A stretch of 63,831 nt of DNA, filler included, from Octopus bimaculoides (taxonomy: Eukaryota), in the NCBI RefSeq assembly GCF_001194135.2. It is 6 parts of 6 records of this genome, joined end to end, with 100 filler letters (N's around TTAATTAATTAA, not from the genome) between each part and the next. Parts side by side here need not be neighbours in the genome. Positions count along the whole stretch, not along the records: positions 11,444 to 34,778 come from NC_068981.1; 5 more parts are not named here. The stretch is one strand, 5' to 3'. Position numbers and translations under genes: made by a program. The notes below the pieces were generated by a model that saw only the letters and a list, made by a program, of their open reading frames with translations, was not told where the DNA came from and did not search any database. Shown piece by piece: positions 11,826-23,957 of this stretch (the first letter of the stretch is position 1; every line of letters begins with the position of its first letter).

Positions 11826-13354
11826 AACAACCAACAAGATGAGGACAAGTATCCGTCAAATGTAAATAATGCATCTGACAGAAATCTGTGTAAAAACTCA
11901 AAAGGGATTTAATCATATCCCAACTTTTCGTCAGAACAAATGCATATGATCAGAGGATGAATAAACTTTACTGAGCCCTGTTCTATCTCTATGCAACAAA
12001 AGTAACATCTACTGATATCTTTACGTCCACATAAACATAATCTGTGTAGGAAACATTATAATATTGCTACTAAATCTATCACAAGACTAGTATTAATATC
12101 GCATAGCAACTTTCTAAGAACTCCACGAATCTTGTTATCAACTTCATATAAATCTGCTCCAGATACACCATTTTCTAAATAGAATACGCTCTTAACTAAT
12201 ACATTAAACTTCAACAGAATCACAATCACTACCAACACTGCTTTAAATGTCAACATCGTCTTAACTTTTGTATACATTTCAACGATACTAAATCCCGCAT
12301 TAACCCTAAAGCGAACCACCGTTGATGGAATAAACTGTAATACACACATTGTTTATAGAGTAAGCAATGACAAGCTTCTAGGGTCCATTCCCCACTAATA
12401 TGTTTTTTTTTTATACCTAACTAACTTTCCAGTTTCATAAACCTACATATATTACTTATCTCGGTTGGCAAGAGAACAGACGCCTGATTGGTCTAGAACT
12501 TCTTTAACAAGATGTGAAAACTGATTCATAATAATGCATAAGCGCTTTCAGAAATATTACAGATGTCATGCTTGATCACCTTCTAAGTATAATCAAGTAA
12601 CATTTTTCCAGTCCAAAAGCCGTCCAGCTGACTGATAGCCTCGAGAAATGCATAGGAATGACAATAAAGTGAAACAGACTTGCCTGTAGATTTCACAATG
12701 GGCAATATTCTTTACATGTGACTAGCAACATTTCAAATCTGCATAATTAATCTAGATTCATTGAATTTATGTGAACATTCATTTTCTCAGAAAATGTCAA
12801 CGCAAATTACAATGAAATGTTGCCATATATACACAGCACGAGTGTGTAGGATAGGTTTGACATCGTTCTTTATCACATAGATAACAATATTGTACTAATT
12901 AACGGTATGAAAAAAAACAACACAAATTGTTATAATGCTGTACACAAACTACCTGAAAAATCTATATTTCGCCGATGAAGAAATGGAACTGAAGGTGCAG
13001 CCGAGAGGAAATGAGTTTATCATCATATTTATTTGACACTGTAAGAGTTATACACCTCCATTTTTTAAGGACAGCTGTAACTTACACATAAGAACCGACA
13101 TAGATATAAAATACATACATATAATATTTGTTTATATATAATATATATAATATTATGAATGTCTACACAAATGTGGAATGGTACCAGCTGTAATAGTCTG
13201 TGTCAGGGAAACTTCTTTATGAGATTTAGAATTAGAAAATACAATGACCTGTGTTTTTAACATATTCGTGACTGAGAAATTTTCTGAAAACAAATTATTA
13301 TTACTAGTGCCGTTATACTTGTGTATGAATGTTATACAGAACGGTATGTTAACC

Positions 13355-13627
13355 TGTTATATCGTACGTGCGGATGACCTCTACTCAACTCTCACTTCCG
13401 ACGACTCGATTCTACCGAATTCGACGTCTAGTCTACCGACGACTCGACTCTACCGACGATTCGACTCTACCAACGACTCGACTCTACCGATGACTCGACT
13501 CTACCGAATTCGACGTCTAGTCTACCGACGGCTCCGTCTCGCTCTGCCGCTCTGCTCGACGCTTTTGGTCAATCTATTTATACGTATTGGACTAGCCTAC
13601 TTATCACCTTGGGGCGTCCACACAACA
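13355..13627 (-). mobile_element. Solo LTR (273 bp) with 5-bp TSD and internal 17-bp minisatellite
   Basis: Minus strand TGTTG...TAACA termini. TAACC lies on both sides (13350-13354, 13628-13632). TATAAATA is present on the minus strand, and the 5' end is homologous to the LTR at 29459-29623. Confidence 0.85.
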
Positions 13628-16607
13628 TAACCTAAGATTGTTCAAAATGCGTATATTAAATAAGTGTATGTCCCATTAAATTAAAACAATAACCTGTGTA
13701 AACATTGTGGAGGGTCTTCACAGAAGCATTAGTCTCTAACATTCTTGTAAAGCTTCAATGGCTTTGATATTTTTGACAACCATGAAAATGTATGTTAACT
13801 TTGAAAACTGTTAACCATAAACATTTTCTTATTCCAAAATCCCGAAATAATGGACCGCAAAATTAATCTCGTCGGGATTTTAAACATAAATATCTCTAAG
13901 CATTTTTCTCGGGAAAAAAATATTATCTTACCCTGCCCGCCTTATACTTGGATAGAATATCAGCATCATCCACTCTACATCCTTCTCTTCCTCACCATCA
14001 TCATCTTCCTCAAATGCATCAACATCAACATTAATATTTCGAGTGATGTTGTGGAGTATTCCATTCCAATACACTCTTAATACTACACGATCTAAAGTTA
14101 TATAAGAATGTTTAATACAGAAAACTTACGTTTAAAATATTTTTGGTAAATAAGGACAAAAAACAAATCGAATGCAAATATTTTCGATAAGTTTCTAATA
14201 ACGTTCAAAATGTATATTATAATTGAATATAAAAGCAACGTTAAATGACACAAACTCTTGTAAATACGAAGTGATGAATATAGATATCTATAATTATATT
14301 ATTTCTTCAAAGAAGCAGAAAAAATAGTAGAGGCTTCAAACATGTCGAATAATAGTTGAATGGCCGTATAATCCATGTTATTATCGTAATTCATCACGAT
14401 AAAATTATGATTAAAAATGGCCGCCGAAATTTGTTTTCTTTTTTCTCGTCAGCTTCAAACACAAGCTTTGAAAATCATCAAAAGTTTAATCCACAAGATA
14501 TGGTAGTTGTAATGTATAGATCAAAATCTAGAAACTCGAGGTTAACGTTTTCTCTCTGGCTGTTTGTTTGAGTTTTACGCGCACATGTTGTTTGTTTCAC
14601 TTACTTCAACTCCAATAAAATTTTATACGGTGAACATGGATTTATATATTAGCTATAATGATGTAATATAATATCTTGCAAAGTCAAGAGGTCATAATAC
14701 GTGAGTTAGTCTCAAGCGCAAACACGCCTATATATATTCTCAGAGTCGGAGTCGTTTCAGAATTGACCTTTCGGGAAGAAAACCAAGTGGTACGAGGTGT
14801 TTAGTTTTGCTTATTTGTTGCTAATCTTCGACAGTTTATTTCAAATATATTAAATTCATTTGAAGTCATGAGATAAAGACTATAATGCATCTCACATCCA
14901 TTTAATTGCCCTATTATTGATATAAATCATAAATTATATAATTGTGGAATTACAAAGACTCCTTTACGACACTCCAAATACAAGCGCCGTTTCTTGTCGG
15001 AAAATAATGCTACTTACTTTTTTACCGTTAAACTGGATACCTGCGTATCTTATGAACCCAGACACACTGAAAAAACTTGTTTCTTTTACATGCTTTTCTT
15101 TTCTCAAACTAAAAGATAGCAATTATGAAAGTTGGATTAATTTTTTTAGCAAACTGTGGTTTCAGTTTTATTATCATTATTGAAAATTTCAATTACAGAA
15201 AATAACTTTAATTCAATGCGTGAGAGCATTTTTTTTAACATTGCAAGATAGCTTTCCTGTCTGTTTTTTTCGTCTTATCTTACACGTCATAACACTATTT
15301 CTACAGACATAACAATAAAAAAAAATTCTTCTAACTTAATCCAGCTTCAGCCAAATTATGTTGGCTGCAGTATCATTTCGTATTTGTTGGGTGCTTTTGA
15401 ATATGTAATTATTATCTATGAAATACCTGAAAACCACCCGGAAGGCATTTTTCTGCTATTCGCTAAATAATAACATAAAAATGACATTATGGTCACGGCT
15501 GAAATAAATGTGAATGTACAACTTCTCTGTGTGGACCTAATGCTATATAACAACGACACACACTACAAGTATCTCAACAACATCGGAAATATAGAGAACG
15601 TTGCAAAGAAAGCAAGAGAATATAATCGATAAAAGAAAAAAAATTACAAATATTTTATAGATAAGGAAGTTCCATTTCTAGCAAGTAGTTTATTTTGATT
15701 TAGTTTGGCTGCAGTTCTTAGAGGGATTAATATTTGCTTTTACAATTTCCCTTGCAAACGAAAGAGAGCGCTTCTGACACATTATATTTTCCGTATCTGC
15801 TGAGAAGGGAAAGGAATATCTGCTTGCTGAAGAATAAACCGAAATGCTTCACAAAAAATTGAAGTTTACAAAAGCCTCCAAAATCCTCAGTTTTTTTTTT
15901 CTTTTTCTTTGAAATTGGCAACAAGTTTAGTTTATCATGCTAGTCTATCTGTAAGATGGTACAGCAAAAGAGATACGAGCACGAAAAGAAGTATACGAAG
16001 TAGTGCTGAAAATTCCCTGGTTTTGGTTAAGGGGAAAATACAGGAGAATCAGTTAATTATGATTTCTATATTCATGTATGTATGTATGTATGTATGTATG
16101 TATGTATGTGCGCATGTATGTATGTATGTATGATGTATGCATGTATGCATTTATATATGCATGTATGTATGATGTATGTATGTATTTATGTATTATGTAT
16201 GTATGTATGTATGTATGTATGTATACAGATATGCACACATCTATTACAATTATAAATGAAATGAGGAAAGCCAATAATGCAGATGAAAGATTAAAAAAAT
16301 ATATTTCGGGCGAAATGGCCCATCTTCATAAAAGTACAGTGAAAAGAATTTGTTTCCAAGTAGGTTCTGGTATTTGGGTAGCCGAATATACAATGACCCA
16401 TTGCCTGGTGCTTGTGCTAGTAGCTATGCATATACAAATGTATATACATATAATCTATGTGTGCCTGTGTCTATACATATAATCTGTATAATATACAGAA
16501 TTTTTGTTAATCACTAGGAAGATTATTTATATATATGTTCAACTGTGGACTTCGTAAAATCATATTTGTATGTACTTCATAATACGTATCATAAATATAT
16601 ACGTAGT

Positions 16608-16858
16608 TAAGGCGGTAAGCTGGCAAAGGCAGTGCGCTGGCAGAATCGTTGGCACCCCGAGCGAAATGCTTAATGGTATTTCATCTGCCGCTACGTTCTG
16701 AGTTCAAATTCCACCGAAGTCGACATTGCCTTTCATCGTTTCGGGGTCGATTAAATAAATACCAGTTACGCACTGGGGTAGAGTAATCGACTCAATCCCT
16801 TTCTCTGTCCTTGTTTGTACCCTCTATGTTTAGCCCCTTGTGGGCAATAAAGAAATAG
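16608..16858 (+). mobile_element. SINE family A (monomer with partly duplicated head)
   Basis: gctggcagaatcgtt, gagttcaaattcc, ccagttacgcactgggg, end gtgggcaataaagaaata. Confidence 0.9.
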
Positions 16859-17318
16859 ATATATGCGTAGTTATGTAAGCATATACATATGTTAGGAAAA
16901 TTTACATTTCTCTCTGTATATAAAAATATTTTGTATTCCAGCAACTAAACGGCGTTTGCATGTATACGAGTGCTACTTTACATGTGCTCGTTTCAAAAAA
17001 TTAACGCTGCCTTAAACTGTAAATTAAAACAGATGTCGAATATAGTTGAAGTTATAATAGTTGGATTTGCGTTGATGGTGAGAAGAATTAGAGGAGACAT
17101 ATGAAAAGCTGTATTGATTTTATGACAGTTTTCCTATATACATTCGGAGCATCGAAAATTCCATAGCTGTAGGTTATTTGATAACAGCATTTTCCAGAAT
17201 AACGTTCAATTGGCTATGTGACCTTTCCATGTTTGCGAAGATAGTGATAACGCATAAAAAAAAAAGATACGTACAGCCTCACATGTGGTTGATTGCATAT
17301 CTCCGTATCTTCATATCA

Positions 17319-17368
<50 letters not shown>

Positions 17369-20300
17369 NNNNNNNNNNNNNNNNNNNNNNNNNNNNNNNN
17401 NNNNNNNNNNNNNNNNNNNNNNNNNNNNNNNNNNNNNNNNNNNNNNNNNNNNNNNNNNNNNNNNNNNNNNNNNNNNNNNNNNNNNNNNNNNNNNNNNNNN
17501 NNNNNNNNNNNNNNNNNNNNNNNNNNNNNNNNNNNNNNNNNNNNNNNNNNNNNNNNNNNNNNNNNNNNNNNNNNNNNNNNNNNNNNNNNNNNNNNNNNNN
17601 NNNNNNNNNNNNNNNNNNNNNNNNNNNNNNNNNNNNNNNNNNNNNNNNNNNNNNNNNNNNNNNNNNNNNNNNNNNNNNNNNNNNNNNNNNNNNNNNNNNN
17701 NNNNNNNNNNNNNNNNNNNNNNNNNNNNNNNNNNNNNNNNNNNNNNNNNNNNNNNNNNNNNNNNNNNNNNNNNNNNNNNNNNNNNNNNNNNNNNNNNNNN
17801 NNNNNNNNNNNNNNNNNNNNNNNNNNNNNNNNNNNNNNNNNNNNNNNNNNNNNNNNNNNNNNNNNNNNNNNNNNNNNNNNNNNNNNNNNNNNNNNNNNNN
17901 NNNNNNNNNNNNNNNNNNNNNNNNNNNNNNNNNNNNNNNNNNNNNNNNNNNNNNNNNNNNNNNNNNNNNNNNNNNNNNNNNNNNNNNNNNNNNNNNNNNN
18001 NNNNNNNNNNNNNNNNNNNNNNNNNNNNNNNNNNNNNNNNNNNNNNNNNNNNNNNNNNNNNNNNNNNNNNNNNNNNNNNNNNNNNNNNNNNNNNNNNNNN
18101 NNNNNNNNNNNNNNNNNNNNNNNNNNNNNNNNNNNNNNNNNNNNNNNNNNNNNNNNNNNNNNNNNNNNNNNNNNNNNNNNNNNNNNNNNNNNNNNNNNNN
18201 NNNNNNNNNNNNNNNNNNNNNNATATATGCAATCCTTGTGTTATATTGAGTATCTTTTCGCTGATAACTACATCGACTTGATTGAAATATAAAGAAAGAA
18301 AGAAAGAAAGAAAGAAGAAGAAGAAGAAGAAGAAGAAGAAGGCGATATTTTATGGAATATCGGCCTTGCACCTGTTGTGATACGCTTTGTTGTGTTGTGG
18401 TTGCTAACATTCGATTTATATTGCTTACAATTGCTATATGAAATTACGGTGTTTGTGATTAGTTTCACATTACTGTTTGGTATCATTCAATCACACATAG
18501 AAATATTGAAACATGAAGTTTGGATTGTACACAGGAAGGATCAAATACCACTTACATCTGATTTTTAGTATTAACACTCAGTATAAATACTATTGTGCGC
18601 CAAACGAATTTTTAAAACTTAGATATTGTTTTGAAATTCTGGCGATGACAATTATATATGAGTGATTTTCATGCTTATGTATGTTATTGTTTGAAGTCGA
18701 ATTTGTACATACATACATATATATAACTACAAACTGGATGTTTATGCATGCAATGTATTAAAGACCTGTCTATAGACACACTAACACATGCATGCCCATA
18801 TGTATACATGCACAAACACGCACTTAGACGCAATGGATATTTTCTAATTAAATCGAAGCGTCTTCACGTGTTCAGAGTTGTCACTCTATTTCCATACACC
18901 ACTGTCTCTATTCCATCTATTTTTGATTAATTCAATGCCTCGGTTTTTCTTCTCTATCTTTCTTGTCCAGGAATATTAATTTGTCTTAATATTCCACCCA
19001 ACTCCCTTACTCGAATCTAAGCTTTATGTATGAATATATTCTGCTTCACTGCAACTAATATAGTGGCACCTAATTTTCTACTTCTAATTTAGGTTTCAGA
19101 AGCTAATTACGTTATGTTGTTGGATAAATGGAAAATAGAAGCGTTCTATTTATCTTCTAAAATCAATGTCATTTCATGTTATTTCCTCTCCTGTTTTGCC
19201 TCAGGTTAAACTAGGCCAAATACGTTCCTTATATTACCGACACGACGACTTTACTATGATCTTACACTATATATGTCCCTTCTATATTTTAAGAAGTTTA
19301 CGCACCATCTGGGGCCACATTTGCTTACCATTTCTAGGAGTTTAAGCTAAACTTTAGCGACTCCCTATCTGAAAAATTTAGTAAAATTCAATTACGGTTT
19401 GTGCATTGCTTGCTAACGACTTATTCCTTTATCAGCAGCTACTATAATTAACAAATGTGTATGAATAGTTAAGTGGTAAAGATTTTGTTGAGTTTCATCT
19501 TATTTGAAAAAAGATATTTAATCACTATTTCTGTTTTGCATCTGCTTAAAAGAAATGAATATTCCTATAAACCCCTTTCATCCTATATATCCATTTCACA
19601 TACTTTTTATTTTCTTGTTGGTCATTGAACTGTTTCTTATGAGACGTATAGGATTGAATGTTTTACTATTAGCGCGGTAATCCATCGGATACAGAAAATC
19701 TTGCATCACCGAATATTTTTTACTAAAAGAACCCCAGAGCCATGTGGGAATGTTAAACCTGGCGATGAATTAATTTTCCCAGCATAGAAACCGATTTATT
19801 CTACGAAGCTATGGCACAAGACACATGCCTATTAAGGAACAAAGTGGGTTCGATGCAGAAAGCCTGCAGATCCAAAGTGAAACTATTTAACCACACTGCG
19901 AGGGCTGCAATTTCTAAGAAAGTTCATAGATAAATATTTGATAATTACACAAATGCAGTATACAGGCTGCGCTTTTCAACTTTTTAGTACGTCACATAAT
20001 GACTCATTTACTTTGCCTCTGCCTTTAAAACACATTTACATGAAGTTATTCTTCTGATATGTTATGATTAATTAATTCTTTCAAAGATCTTAAGAGCATC
20101 GGTAATAAAATATCTTATTCTTTTCTGCGTGGAAATATGCTTAGTACCTAATTATATCAGATGAGTGCAAGTAGATAATTTCTTAACCATAAATATCTGT
20201 GTCAGAAAATATTTTCTCAACGAATGCCAGCATTTTCCCCCCTTTTTCTTCAGACCAGCACAACACAGATAGTCCTGTAATAAAAAAAACTAGTACATTG

Positions 20301-21370
20301 TTCCAACCAAGACAGACACATAATCCATTCATTGTTTCTAGCACTATGTTAACTCACATTTTGTTTTAATTTAGGATTGTAAGGATATAACTCTACCGTC
20401 CAGCGACTACTTATTTTTGCCCTTTGTTGGCACGTACTATGCTCTTTCGTCCGGAGAAAAATATAAATTCATTAGTTTCATAGTCGGCGTTGTCGGATAT
20501 AAAAACTAAAATACATTGTACAACGAGATATATTGCGTCGTTCTTTTATAGGTTTTATTACAGTATTTAGAACCATATTGAGAAAAGAAAGATTTGTTCC
20601 ATAAAACAGTGTTATGTTTCAGCTAAATGTCTTGTAGTAGCAATAAGAATATTCTGTAAAACAAGTTTATTGTAAATAGAAGTATGTTAAAGGTTTGAAA
20701 AGAAAGAAAATTTGCATGTTATACGAATGTGGTACAGCACTTTTATGTATTCAACCAATTAGTCTTATACGTGTTGATATTATAGCAGTTTATCGGACGT
20801 CGACTAAGTCTGAGCGCCCCAGACATCGGCATTCCACATTTTTATAGGCATAGTATACCAATGACTACAAGATGCAATGCGTTTGCTTCATTTTAAGAGA
20901 GTAAACTGTGATTTGCGAGATTCGTCTGCTATTTCTCGAGATTCGAGTGAACTCTAGTAGCTTAGCTGTATACTGAAGTGCTATATATATTTGTCCATAG
21001 TATTCACATACTGTCCTGGTTTACAACCCCTTCGAAAGGGCAAAGCAGAGTCCACTCAGTGTGAATTTATCATATTTCTTATTGTCATAACAACGTTTAA
21101 TAAAATAAAATAGACCACAAATTCATCCTGCCAAACTAGTTTCCATATAATTAACATGTGATGTTTACAACGTACAGAGACGTAACATATGGGAAGCAAA
21201 CTTCATTATTTCCTGAAGCCAACCCCAGCATTATTGCGTTTGAGACTTTGATACTTTCTTCCAAATATTCGAGGCCAGATACACTGTTTTAAAATTTGCA
21301 TTAATACAGGAAAATCACTGTCATGTTACACACTATGTAACCAACTTGAAATAACACAAAAGTTGTTTAG

Positions 21371-21522
21371 AGGCGTAGGAGTGGCTGTCTGGTTAGTAGC
21401 TTGCTTACGAACCACATGGTTCCCGTTTCAGTCCCACTGCGTGGAACCTTGGGCAAGTGTCTTCTACTAAACCTTGTGAGTGGATTTGGTAGACGGAAAC
21501 TGAAAGAAGCCCGTCGTATCTC

Positions 21523-21560
<38 letters not shown>

Positions 21561-21570
21561 NNNNNNNNNN

Positions 21571-21601
<31 letters not shown>

Positions 21602-21834
21602 TGTATGTATATGCATGTGTATATTTTTGTGTCTGTGATTGTCCCCTCAATATCGCTTGACAACCGAGGCTGGTATGTTTAGGTCTCCGTAACTTAGCGG
21701 TTCGGCAAAAGTAACCGATAGAATAAGTACTAGGCTTACAAAGAATACGTCCTGGGGTCGATTTGCTCGGCTAAAGGTGGTGCTCCAGCATGGTCGCAGT
21801 CAAATGACTGAAACAAGTAAGAGAGTGAAAGAGT
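21371..21834 (+). mobile_element. SINE family B, near full length
   Basis: aggcgtaggagtggctgt head through gaaacaagtaagagag, with an internal microsatellite and short gap. Confidence 0.92.
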
Positions 21835-23030
21835 AGATAATGAACAACATGTTTGTTATTATACAATTATCAAAACATTGAAAACTGGAAATAGGCAACA
21901 TATCTTATAGTATGTGATAGTTATGCAAATGTGTATGCTAATATAATCCTTACTTAATATACGCAGGATGAAACAAAATGTCTAAGAGATATAATTTTGC
22001 TTTGAATAGATACTGAAGCCAAAAATTAGGTGATATTTAACTAGATTTAAACACAAGAACATATGGTTAAAAAAGAATGTAAGGTCACTACAGGCCATAG
22101 TAATTTCCATCCTTCACTCCAATTTTTTTTTTTTTTGAATCGTTATACACTTGAGAGTTTAGATTGAAATCATCTATAAATATTTCGAGTCCATGTGTCA
22201 GTTCACCATTTACTCTTTCTGCACCATCATTAGAAAATATACACACGTGCTATTTATTTAGTCTAAACAAATAGGCTATCTGTGTTTACAATTTGATTGT
22301 TGGTATATTTTGTTTTCAAGAATTTAATATTTTGTTCACTGGCGAGAGATGATTTTATTATAAAAAGATCCGTGTACTAACTCATCAGCATTCATGTACT
22401 AACTCATCATTCCACATGGTTACCTTACTTCAGTAAACACTTATTTTAACTGGTCGTGTTACTTAATTATCCAATTAAGCCATATTTCTTAGTGGTAAGT
22501 TTGCTGCTCTTTGTTTTTCCCGCTCTAGTTTTATACCCATTTATACTTTTATCATTGCCTATAATATGAGTGAACAGGCTAACTTTCTATAACTGGATAT
22601 TTTTGATGTTCCTTTTTCTTTCTCAGCAACTGTGTTAATGTTTATTGATATTACACTGTGTGTGTTTAAAATATGCTTCTGCTAAAAGAAGCATATTATC
22701 TGACATATCAGAGGCGAAACAATTGATTTAAGCATTTCTAACATCTCTTTTTCTTTCTTTTTTTTTTTTTGTATCTGCATCAAGATATTTTTTTCGTGAA
22801 AGGTATTTTAGGTGTGGCTGAAACGTTATTATTTCCTGGGATCGTATTCTGACACTTACCTTCGTAATGTTTTTTGGAGCGATCCATGGTTAGAATTTCC
22901 TCTGTTATTATTGTCGGTTCCGATTTTTTTTTTTTGTTTATTTCATGTGTTTGTTTTTCTTCATATCTGCCTGCGTTTATTCTTTTAAGATATCTTGTAT
23001 TATTCTCTTTTACTTATTTATAGAAGTCAC

Positions 23031-23441
23031 GGCGTGTGCTGGCAGAAACGTTAGCACGCTGGCCGTTACATTCGTCTGCCGTTACATTCTGAGTTCAAAT
23101 TCCGCCGAGGTCGACTTTGCCTTTCATCCGTTCGGAGTCGATAAATTAAGTACCAGTTGCGCACTGGGGTCGATGTGATCCACTTAATCCCTTTGTCTGT
23201 CCTTGTTTGTCCCCTCTGTGTTTAGGCCCTTGTGGGCAATAAAGAAATAAGAAACGTTAGCACGCCGGGTGAAATGCCTTAGTAGGTATTTCGTCTGCCG
23301 TTAAGTTCTGAGTTCAAGTTCCACCGAGGTCGACTTTGCCTTTCATCCTTTCGGGGTACCAGTTGTGTACTGAGGACGATCTAATTGACTGGCCCTCTGC
23401 CCCAAAATTTCAGGCCTTGTGCCTAGAGTAGAAAAAACTAT
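23031..23441 (+). mobile_element. SINE family A, dimeric form
   Basis: Two head and central-domain units joined at gggcaataaagaaataagaaacgttagcacg, ending ccttgtgcctagagtagaaa. Confidence 0.9.
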
Positions 23442-23690
23442 TTATAGAAGTCAAAGACTTTTGGTGTGTTGAGATATTCGACATTTTCTTCAAGTCACAT
23501 TCATTCTAATTGAGCATGTCTGTTCATAAAGGTCTTCCAGCCGTGATCATACGACATTAAAGTAAACGTTTATGTATTTTAGATAGCGAAATTACGGAAA
23601 GCCTATAGTGAAATGAAGTAAAAAATTTCCATACATTGAATTCTCTCAAATAAAGTGAAATTGATAAATGTATGCTGCTAATTGTTAGAT

Positions 23691-23957
23691 ACATTATTTA
23701 CAATTACGGATATTTGTCCTCATCTTGTTTGTTGTTAACACAACGTTTCGGCTGATATACCCTCCAGTCTTCATCAGGTGTCTTGAGGAAATTTCGAACC
23801 TGTGTTGTAATTCCTAAGGCATTTTTCGATGTTGTTATTGTTATTGTTATTATTATTATTATTATTATTATTCATGTCACTACCTGGAATCGAACTCGGA
23901 ATTTTGGGGTTAGTAGCCCGCGCTCTTAACCACTACGCCATATGCCTGTGGGCATAT
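23691..23957 (-). mobile_element. tRNA-headed SINE-like element with (AAT)n spacer and hammerhead-containing tail (family HH1)
   Basis: A-box TGGCGTAGTGG (23930-23940), B-box GTTCGATTC (23887-23895), (AAT)n, then a tail shared with 11728-11871. Confidence 0.85.
23737..23782 (-). ncRNA. Minimal type I hammerhead ribozyme motif
   Basis: GACAC-CUGAUGA-A-GACUG-GAGGGUAUAU-CAGCC-GAAAC-GUU-GUGUU. The core is intact, stem I is GACAC/GUGUU, stem II has one mismatch, and palindromic AACGUU replaces stem III. Confidence 0.75.

Noticed and set aside
13380-13530. CRISPR-like appearance of short repeats
   Set aside because: The units are contiguous with no unique spacers, the context is eukaryotic and there are no cas genes.
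13244-13630. 128-aa ORF with DSTLP repeats
   Set aside because: It reads through the 17-bp minisatellite of the solo LTR.
12950-20480. Several minus-strand exon candidates (about 12953-13038, 15428-15545, 20410-20480) and one at about 48410-48480
   Set aside because: Splice-like ends are present, but I could not join them into a consistent frame or recognise a protein. They need RNA-seq.
23875-23945. Possible tRNA gene
   Set aside because: It has A and B boxes but no proper acceptor stem or terminator, and it continues into a repeat tail. It is treated as a SINE head.
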